A stretch of DNA of 59,411 nt, the filler included, from Squatina squatina (Eukaryota), in the NCBI GenBank assembly GCA_031763465.1. It is 3 parts of 3 records of this genome, joined end to end, with 100 filler letters (N's around TTAATTAATTAA, not from the genome) between each part and the next. Parts side by side here need not be neighbours in the genome. Positions count along the whole stretch, not along the records: positions 45,060 to 59,411 come from JARFOE010000176.1; 2 more parts are not named here. One strand, 5' to 3'. Under the pieces are notes generated by a model. The model saw nothing but the letters and a program-made list of their open reading frames with translations. It was not told the origin of the DNA and searched no databases. Shown in pieces: positions 50,577 through 59,411 of the stretch. The first letter of the stretch is position 1. Each line of letters begins with the position of its first letter. A program made the translations under genes and the position numbers.

Positions 50577-51305
50577 TGGGCCGTAAATTCTGGTGTCTCC
50601 GGGTGCGTACGAAGTGCGCGCGCGCCTGTAGAGGCCCCACATGCCCCTAAATCCGGAACTTCCGATCTGTTAAGGATTGCCTTGATAGATCCACCGCCTC
50701 CGTTGGAAAAAGGCTTCCCTGGGCAGAGAATTAGGCTATTTGCCCAATTCTCACCCAGCGAAAGCCCTTTAATTTATTACGCTGGTAAAAGCAAGCGTAC
50801 AGGCCTGATTTTAGCAGTGTAAGAGTTTTAAAAGATAAATTTAATCACTGGATTATTCATTAAAAATCCAGTCCATTAAAGTAAGTATAGTTTTATACAC
50901 TTCAAAAGATTTTTTTTTAATGTAAAAAAATGTCTTTGTCTTCATTATTTAATTATGTTATTAAACTTTCATATTTGGCAAGTTTTTTAAATTTATTTTG
51001 AAGTGCTTGTGCTGTTTTTTGTATCTCCCATTCATACTTCTACAAATCTCCATATTTTCAGAGATCAGCAGAAGTATGAATGGGATATACCCCCACCTGA
51101 TTGGTTGGGGCCTCCCACGTGCTCCCACCAGTGTATGCAAACCGCATACACTGGTGAGAGATACCTGGGCTGCTCAGACTACATTCCTGTGGAGGCCCAG
51201 GAATGGAAGTTTTCACAGTCCCCAGACCACCAGGTACTTGCGTAGAAACCTTTCCGGTCGGGGGCCTCCACACGCAGGAGGCCTCCGACTGGAATTTTCA
51301 GGGCA
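50577..51305. mobile_element. MITE-like element with terminal inverted repeats
   Basis: Left tgggccgtaaattctggtgtctccgggtgcgt and right acgcaggaggcctccgactggaattttcagggca are loosely complementary; GC-rich ends around an AT-rich core. Confidence 0.45.
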
Positions 51306-52112
51306 ATATTCCACAAACAGGGAAGGGGTTGGGGAGGGAAGAGGGGAACAGTTTTAAATTTAGTATCCACTGAGATCTTAGAGACAGAATGACAAAAGTC
51401 CAATGAAAATTACCACAGTTTTGACTATTTCAATTAATCATTGGGTCGGATTCAACCCAGTACCAAAACCATCAAAATCTCATCAAAATATGAACAATGA
51501 GGCAAATTGCACAGTTTATATTAAACCTCCAAGGCTAATTTGAACTCCCTAGGACAACCTCCAAAAGATCTCTCCCCTCCTCTTCACTCTGTCCCTATCA
51601 CTGCAATTGTCACCTGTTGAAAGCTTAAAGCACAGTTAAGATTGTGTTAAGGAGGTACACCCGATTTAGTTCCAAGATGAATTCACAAGTAGCTGCAGCT
51701 GATAAGTGCTGAAACATCAGTGAGTCTGCAGTGCATTTATAATAGTTTAAAAGCAATTGTAGCATAGGCTGATGAAGGCTTGAGTAGTTTTCACAGTTGC
51801 AAATGAGACTAGAGTTTATCATGCCCTGAATGTTAGGACACGGTTAGTGATACAACATCCCTCCATCGGTGTGACTTTGCCACCATCAGTGTTATGTATG
51901 TATGTATCCTCTACATAGTCCACCTACCCCAAACTGCCAGCGCTAGGTCAGAAACATTTTACAAAATTAAAAGCAGGCTCATAAAAGAACTACCCACCAT
52001 ATGGAATATTTATATGCTATATAAATGTAAGTCTTTCTTTCATTTTGAAAGAGGTAGAATTTGAGCTATTGAATTATTAGGTAATGAAGCATTTATAGAT
52101 CCAAGCACCCAA

Positions 52113-52498
52113 TAGAGTCATAGAGTCATAACGGCGCCAAAGGAGGCCATTCGGCCCATCGAGTCCATGCCAGCTCTATGTATAGTAATCCAGTCAGTCC
52201 CATTCCCCCGCTCTATCCCCATAGCCCTACAAGTTTATTTCCCTCAAGTGCTTATCCAATTTTCTTTTGAAATCATTGATCGTCTCCGCTTCCACCACCC
52301 TTGTAGGCAGTGAGTTCCAGGTCATCACCACTCGCTATGTAAAAAAGTTCTCCCTCACATCCCCTCTGTATCTCTTGCCCAACACCATAAATCTGTGTCC
52401 CCTAGTCCTTTTATCATCAGGTAATGGGAACAGCTTTTCTTTATCTACCTTATCCAAACCTGTCATAATCTTGTACACCTCTATCAAATCTCCCCTCA
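52113..52498 (-). mobile_element. CR1-type LINE 3' end (ORF2 C-terminus and 3' UTR)
   Basis: RGDLIEVYKIMTGLDKVDKEKLFPL..RTRGHRF..LGKRYRGDVRENFFT, followed by gatgggccgaatggcctcc and a (tatgactc)n tail. Confidence 0.9.
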
Positions 52499-53187
52499 NN
52501 NNNNNNNNNNNNNNNNNNNNNNNNNNNNNNNNNNNNNNNNNNNNNNNNNNNNNNNNNNNNNNNNNNNNNNNNNNNNNNNNNNNNNNNNNNNNNNNNNNAT
52601 CAGCGCCACACAAGCGACATCCCCAGCCTGCTACTCCAGTTCCGCCCCAGGAGCGAGGCGGATAATGCTGCACCTCGCTCCCACCGCAGAACACCGAATT
52701 TTGCGGCAGGTGATCATTTTTGGGAGCCGGTGGAAAAAATGCCAGCTCCTGCCCACTACCGCCCCAGTTCCACCTGGGCTGAAATATGGGCCCCATGATT
52801 CAACATAATCTGATATACCTGATTTTGGATTGATTGCTAACAGCGGATGAGGACAAATGTTTCATTCCCCAGTACTGACATTACAAAATAAATTAAACCC
52901 CAAATCTCAGGCATAGCTGTGAATGCAGTGTATTAAAGAGACTTTTGTCGCTAGTGGCAAAATCACCAAGAAGCTTCACAATAAAAAGAGAGGTTAAATC
53001 TGGCAATTGTTTTGATTGCATGGGATATTGAGAGAGCCAGTGACCTAGTAATTTCAGGTGATGCTATCCATTCAATACTGTTAATCATATTTCTACTTTG
53101 CCACAGAGGTGAGTTTATTGAGGGCAGCATGTTTAATATCTGGCCTTTAGATGTTATCTAATCTGATGTTTATGATTGTTGTTTCAG

Positions 53188-53266
53188 AATTTTGTCATCT
53201 GATAGCAATGTTCAAGATTTTCAAAAGCTCATGGAGATTCTGTACATCTTTCTCAATAATGAAGAG
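53188..53266 (+). CDS. SWT1: SWT1 exon
   Basis: tttcag|a att ttg...gaa gag|gtataa, 79 nt: (R)ILSSDSNVQDFQKLMEILYIFLNNEE, similar to SWT1 RILAPNSNYQDVETLYNFL. Confidence 0.82.
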
Positions 53267-53510
53267 GTATAACAATAACTTTTAGAAAATTTAAACCGTA
53301 CTGTTTACTTAGTTTACTCACTTCTTACATTTTACATTGAATGATACAATAAAGGCTGCTGCATAACCAAGTAGTTACTTGATACCTATTTGCATGAGAA
53401 ATGTTATCATGGAGGTTGCTCGTGTTTCTGTTTGTTTTCTATGTTACCTGTTTAACTTTCATCGCTAGAGGAAGCCTTATTCAGTTATTTTATTTATTTT
53501 CTCCATGCAG

Positions 53511-53578
53511 ACAAATATTTCTGTTACCAGGATCTCTGCACAGGATTTGCATGAATGCTTTACCCATGAAGAGTATAG
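53511..53578 (+). CDS. SWT1: SWT1 penultimate coding exon
   Basis: ccatgcag|...tatag|gtaagt, 68 nt, phase 0-2: TNISVTRISAQDLHECFTHEEY(R); in phase with both neighbours. Confidence 0.85.
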
Positions 53579-55385
53579 GTAAGTTACAAACTTAGTTTAT
53601 ACTTCTGGACAAAACCAACATGCTGTGTGCAATTTGATCCCAATGTGCATGCTATTGAGTCACTAAATTGCTGCCTATCTTCAGTGATGTCACTTTTGAT
53701 ACGTGAATGATTTTTTTTATTTAGAACATGAGTAGAGCCTTTTTACAGTAACATAAAGCTACCATTAATGCATTATTCAAAACTTGGAGAGAACACGCAG
53801 AACTGGGTCAGTTAAGGAGAAGCTAGTTTAAAATTCAAACTCCATCTGCAGGGCCATTCATTAATAGTTTACATACAAAATATTGGTGGCTTTAAGGCTA
53901 AAATCAAGTTCATGGTTGTTGACTCAAATAAATCGAATAGACTTCATTAGCTTCCAACTTTGTTTTAAATATGGCATAAGTGATCACAAAAACCACCCTG
54001 GATGGCAAAACACTTAAAATTCTGAATGAAGAGTTTCTAAGATTCTTGACAAAATTGGAGAATTAGCTCACCCTAATCCATCCAGACTGCAGCAGCTTCC
54101 TAAGCATTCAGTTATCTGTGTGTATATCTCTATCCAAGCCTGTCTCTGTGCCTCTCTCGCATGCTATGACACAGGCATTTGAAAGTGTAGATTGCATTCC
54201 AGTAAAGGATGTCGTTAGTGAGGACTAGGACAGTTTTCCATTTTTGGTACCTAGTGACAACATCAAGGTCAAGTGTAACAGGGGGAATGCAAACTAAAGA
54301 TCTTTCTACTCTTCTCCAACAATATGTTTTAAACACTCCCACTTGTCCCAGTAAATGTTTTTCNNNNNNNNNNNNNNNNNNNNNNNNNNNNNNNNNNNNN
54401 NNNNNNNNNNNNNNNNNNNNNNNNNNNNNNNNNNNNNNNNNNNNNNNNNNNNNNNNNNNNNNNCTTTTCTCATCCTTTAATATTTAAATGTTTTTTCTTT
54501 GCACACCTTAAACCAAACTTACAGTATATTTATATCTCGGATACCGACGATAGCTGCTTTAATGCAGAGCATGTTAGCATCACTATGTTATATATGCATT
54601 CGTTTTTAATGTTAGGCTCTTTACTGACTTTAAAAACTGGCGAACATAGTCCTAGCAGAGACTGCCTAGAATGTATTTTATTTTGAAAGTTTATAAAGAT
54701 GGCTTCATGCCCGTTTCAGTTGTAGTGATTTTTTTGTATTGATGTAATGCAAAAACACACATCTTATTGATGAAAGTAGAGCAGCTCAGTCAATTATAGG
54801 TTTGCATATTAAAAAAAAAGAAAATAATAGAAATTTTCATACATGCGCGTTGTTGGCTGCCACATCGTGATTATCAAATGTACCAGTGTTTCTCTAATAT
54901 ATATTACAATCTGTTAGCTGGCTGTCTAAGTATTTTTGAATTCAGTCTGTGTATTCAAACTTTACAGCCCATAGAGACGTGGAGGTTACAGTACAGGTGA
55001 GTGTAAAACTAAATAGTTAGAGTTGTTTTGTGGAGGTGAATAAAATGAAAGATTCTGTTGATACAGCAAGGAGATTTCAAACTTTTTTTTCGGATCTCTC
55101 AGCAGTTTGACCTTGGGTAGATTGTGGGTTTCTTAAATTAGTTTAAACCAAAGAAAATAGACTGGCCGATTTTATTTTCTTAGGGTTGGAAAGTATGAGG
55201 ATGGAAAGTACAAATATCTAAATATGGATTTTGTTGGATTGCATGAAATTATATAAATATTGCTGTTAACACAAGGCTCATAAAAACTTAATTTTCACCA
55301 CATACAACATGTCAGCAGGGTGTTAGAAGTTTCCAGTAAGTTGCGTTATTTTTTAAAGATTAATCTGTTTTCATTTCCTTTTCAG

Positions 55386-55491
55386 GAAAAAGCTGACAGT
55401 CGGTTACAGCCAGTTGGCTGAGTTAACCTACGGGTTGGAGCAATGCAATGCAGCAGTGTGTTTGGAGGCCAGAAACAGAGGCTTAGTTTAA
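55386..55491 (+). CDS. SWT1: SWT1 terminal coding exon
   Basis: ccttttcag|g aaa aag ctg...gtt TAA: (R)KKLTVGYSQLAELTYGLEQCNAAVCLEARNRGLV*, similar to SWT1 [33 protein letters not shown]. Confidence 0.9.
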
Positions 55492-55576
55492 CACTGCTCA
55501 ACGGTCTTAAATATTTCTCCACAAACTGGATTTAGTTCATTATTTTTTACTAATGCTCATCTCTTGTTGTGAGAAC

Positions 55577-55643
55577 AATAAAATTCTCTGTATCAGAGGT
55601 ACAAATGTAAAAGGTTTTGTGAAGGTGGTACTATTTAAATAAA
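55577..55643 (+). promoter_or_regulatory. Candidate SWT1 polyadenylation signals
   Basis: AATAAA at 55577-55582 and 55638-55643, 86-150 nt after the stop codon. Confidence 0.45.
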
Positions 55644-56979
55644 AAAATAAAAAAATTATACACTGTCTCATACCATGCAAGAAGTTTATCAAAGAAGTAC
55701 TCGACCTAATGTTTCTCTCTTAAATCCTGTACGGAGTGTANNNNNNNNNNNNNNNNNNNNNNNNNNNNNNNNNNNNNNNNNNNNNNNNNNNNNNNNNNNN
55801 NNNNNNNNNNNNNNNNNNNNNNNNNNNNNNNNNNNNNNNNGGATCACACTGGTGTCCAGCAGCTCCCACATGCTACAGCTGCAACACATCCCCTGCCCTG
55901 CCATCTCTATTGTATTTTATTTAACTAATTAGGTTTTGAAGTTTCAAAATATCACTCAAATGTCAACTTATAGTTTTTAATCTAGGTAATAACCTTGTTT
56001 AATTTATTAAAATTAGTTATATGCTATAGGACTTTACTGTACTTAGCCCACACTCCTAATTTAACCCTATTTGTTTTTAATTTTATTTTTAATGTATCAA
56101 GCAGCACCTCTTACCCCCACCTCGCCACTCGCCAAATCCCCTTGCACTCTGGTGAAATCTGCACTCCGGTGAAGCTGCTCTCTGCTAATACTCTTATTGT
56201 TATTTCACTTACTGTTATATTTACCCTGACTGATTTTATTTTTTCTAATTTTCTGGCTTATAGTTTAACTGATGCCCTAGTTTGGAGTGAGAGAAAAATT
56301 GAAGAGAAATACTCACCAAGGCTGAGGGGTGACCTAATAGAGGTGTTTAAAATTATGTAGTATATAGTATATTCATCCAAGTATAAAAAATTGTTGTTAA
56401 AGAAAGGTGATCATAAAACATTCAACCCAAAACAAAAATGCTTTAATTGGCAGGCTGGTCAGCTTATCCATGACTTGTTTAAACTCTTCCCTTTCCAACA
56501 TAGATTTTTTCCCCCTTCAACTCCACCACCCCCGCCCCAAATTTACCATGTTATTTCATAACTATGCTGCACTTCTCCAAACCAGGTAATTTCATGATGA
56601 GACAATGTGCAAATGCTGCAAAACAAAAAACTCTGGGGAAGCTCTAAAAATACATATTTCCTATTTTCCAAATTGAAATTAAAACCTTCTGCACACCAGG
56701 TTTGCACTTAACCAAAAGACCCACTAGGAATACACAACAAACATACCTACATTCTGGGACAATAGTATTTACAGCTTAATGTAATTATCATAAGCAAACC
56801 TAAAGGTTTCAAGTTACCATTAAAACCCAGACTTCATGCTTTAAATTGTTCTAGATACCTACACCCCAACCATAAACATCCAAAAATGTAATCATTCTCC
56901 ACCCCCCCCCCCCCCCCCCACACNNNNNNNNNNNNNNNNNNNNNNNNNNNNNNNNNNNNNNCAAAGAAAAAGCTAAACT

Positions 56980-57239
56980 TTATAAACTGGACATATTTGT
57001 TTTGGTGTATGGGCTCCATTCATTGGTTTCTGGGTTGTATACTTCTACGTTGTTCAGAAACTCATTGCCATCGAAGCCTCCCACAGCATAAAGGAGTCCG
57101 TTCACTGCAGCAACCCCAGCATTACTCCTAGCTGATGTCATGCTTCCCATCATCTTCCACTCATTTTTGGCTGGATCAAACATCTCAACGCAGTGGAGTG
57201 CATGGGTTCCATCAAAACCTCCCACGGCAAAGATTTTTC
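56980..57239 (-). CDS. IVNS1ABP: IVNS1ABP (NS1-BP/KLHL39) terminal kelch exon
   Basis: ttgcag|[86 protein letters not shown]. Confidence 0.95.
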
Positions 57240-58370
57240 CTGCAAGTTAATGAACTACGTTAATATTACAACACTAGGCAAAAGTAGATAATAGAATAGG
57301 GAAGGGACAGTGTTCAACAGCAGCCAATCACCAACACAAGGGCCTGTAATTTTCCCACAAAGATCTCAATTTTAATGGAGAGAAGGTTGGCTTATCCGAT
57401 GTGCAGCTGAAATCAACATGGTATAGCGCGAGTTGCTGAGATGTCAACAAGCTGGCTAAGCAGCCAATCACAATGCAAAATTCTCAGACAAGAAATAGAA
57501 AGCATTTTTTAATTTACAGGGAGCGAGAGAGTTTTTTCCCCTGCTCCATACACATTGGGTTAAGGTAGAAGCCGAAATGTGAATAAACTTTAAATTTAAA
57601 ATCTAATTTAAGCTTAATGGAGAAATTTAACATTCCAATCAGGGCCAGAGAACTGTTTAATCAGTAGTTATTACTCACATTGCTATTAAAACCTCAGTTA
57701 CNNNNNNNNNNNNNNNNNNNNNNNNNNNNNNNNNNNNNNNNNNNNNNNNNNNNNNNNNNNNNNNNNNNNNNNNNNNNNNNNNNNNNNNNNNNNNNNNNNN
57801 NNNNNNNNNNNNNNNNNNNNNNNNNNNNNNNNNNNNNNNNNNNNNNNNNNNNNNNNNNNNNNNNNNNNNNNNNNNNNNNNNNNNNNNNNNNNNNNNNNNN
57901 NNNNNNNNNNNNNNNNNNNNNNNNNNNNNNNNNNNNNNNNNNNNNNNNNNNNNNNNNNNNNNNNNNNNNNNNNNNNNNNNNNNNNNNNNNNNNNNNNNNN
58001 NNNNNNNNNNNNNNNNNNNNNNNNNNNNNNNNNNNNNNNNNNNNNNNNNNNNNNNNNNNNNNNNNNNNNNNNNNNNNNNNNNNNNNNNNNNNNNNNNNNN
58101 NNNNNNNNNNNNNNNNNNNNNNNNNNNNNNNNNNNNNNNNNNNNNNNNNNNNNNNNNNNNNNNNNNNNNNNNNNNNNNNNNNNNNNNNNNNNNNNNNNNN
58201 NNNNNNNNNNNNNNNNNNNNNNNNNNNNNNNNNNNNNNNNNNNNNNNNNNNNNNNNNNNNNNNNNNNNNNNNNNNNNNNNNNNNNNNNNNNNNNNNNNNN
58301 NNNNNNNNNNNNNNNNNNNNNNNNNNNNNNNNNNNNNNNNNNNNNNNNNNNNNNNNNNNNNNNNNNNNNN

Positions 58371-58526
58371 CTGCACCACGGCGAGCCATATTCATGGGTG
58401 AAACTAGAGTCCAGGTGTTGTTCTCAGGATTATAACGCTCCACAATGTTCAGACAGTTCCAGGACTCTGCACCTCCAACCACATACAGGTAACCATCCAG
58501 TCCACATACAGCAGCTTGATGTCTAC
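58371..58526 (-). CDS. IVNS1ABP: IVNS1ABP kelch exon (3' end in a gap)
   Basis: attag|[52 protein letters not shown]. Confidence 0.95.
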
Positions 58527-58810
58527 CTAATATTCAACAACACTTGGAATTAATGCTATGCCTATTTCTTGCAGAGAGTCAAAAACTGGAAGGTAAAAGC
58601 AGCCATTTTCTTTGTAAAGGCATCAAGTAATAAAATGTTCTTAAATTAGTATTTTGCTACTAATTACTTGAAGTTCTTGGATTTGAACACATGACCTAAA
58701 AATCTCCCAGTGTTATGCAAGTAACCTTAAAATAGCATTTTGATCTTATGCATTAGTCACTGCCATGTACTTGTTACAGATTGCATTTTACATTGGAGCA
58801 TTATACATAC

Positions 58811-58942
58811 GTGTATTTAAAGGAGCACAATTTGTCCAGGTTTTTGAAACTGGATCAAAGGCATCACAGTTTTTCAACCCTTTCTGTCCATATGGGTCTG
58901 AGCCACCAACAATATACAGCTTTCCATTCAGGGAACACACAC
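58811..58942 (-). CDS. IVNS1ABP: IVNS1ABP kelch exon
   Basis: ggcag|...|gtatgt, 132 nt: [44 protein letters not shown](R). Confidence 0.95.
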
Positions 58943-59026
58943 CTGCCGTCCAACCAGAATTCAGTTACTAGCCACTTTTATCAATAAGTTAGCCATTACA
59001 TTAATTAAGGATTACTAAACACTTGC

Positions 59027-59158
59027 CTGCATTGCAACGATTGGTACGGAGCTNNNNNNNNNNACTGGAGTCCAATCATCGGTATTTGGATTGTAAGTCT
59101 CACCCCAGCAAAGTTCATCTGAGTGGCCATTGGATCCACCAGTTACATACAGTTGACC
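59027..59158 (-). CDS. IVNS1ABP: IVNS1ABP kelch exon (contains a 10-N gap; GC donor)
   Basis: tttcag|[32 protein letters not shown]-[gap]-LRTNRCNAG|gcaagt. Confidence 0.92.
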
Positions 59159-59411
59159 CTGAAATACAAAGACAAAATACACTTCATCTCCAACCTAAAA
59201 AACAAAAATCTGCCAGGTCTCTTGGAAAGTGGTAATTTTTTTTTTTTAAGAATCAGGAGCAGTGTGTGAATTGCTTAGACATACAGATATTAAAATTAAT
59301 GCTAGAAAGCACAACATAACAGGTTATAAACCAAACATGCTCTTCCATATTTTTTATAATTGAGCTTTTAATTGGTTTTGAACAACCTAAAAATCAGACA
59401 TAATGCTTTTT

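Noticed and set aside
56316-56358. RLRGDLIEVFKIM peptide at the end of a 121-aa ORF
   Set aside because: A tiny CR1 ORF2 remnant; the rest of the ORF is AT-rich non-coding sequence.
59054-59063. Apparent frameshift in the IVNS1ABP exon
   Set aside because: The 10-N placeholder is longer than the roughly 5 nt needed to restore V-P-E-L; assembly artefact.

Overview
Eukaryotic, AT-rich vertebrate DNA from a gappy draft assembly. The repeat content (CR1-type LINE 3' ends, a DeuSINE/SacSINE1-like SINE, Penelope-like pLTR remnants, Harbinger-type elements) points to a cartilaginous fish, probably a shark (inference). Two artificial 100-nt spacers (44 N + TTAATTAATTAA + 44 N, at 29289-29388 and 44960-45059) split the window into three independently assembled blocks. 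Block 1 (1-29288) has no convincing exon, only repeats, including a Penelope-type minimal hammerhead-ribozyme motif at 10583-10619. Block 2 (29389-44959) holds nine + strand exons of a very large, uncharacterised Cys-rich repeat (GCC2/GCC3, ephrin-receptor-like CPxGxYC) protein, mostly symmetric phase-1 exons, plus one isolated, intact ARIH1 exon at 44820-44891. Block 3 (45060-59411) holds a decayed Harbinger Myb/SANT gene and a transposase fragment, five 3' exons of SWT1 (+), and the last four kelch exons of IVNS1ABP (-, one intron with a GC donor), tail-to-tail as in human. Gene identities come from my recognition of the translated peptides, not from database searches. Most ORFs in the supplied track are artefacts of N runs or repeats.
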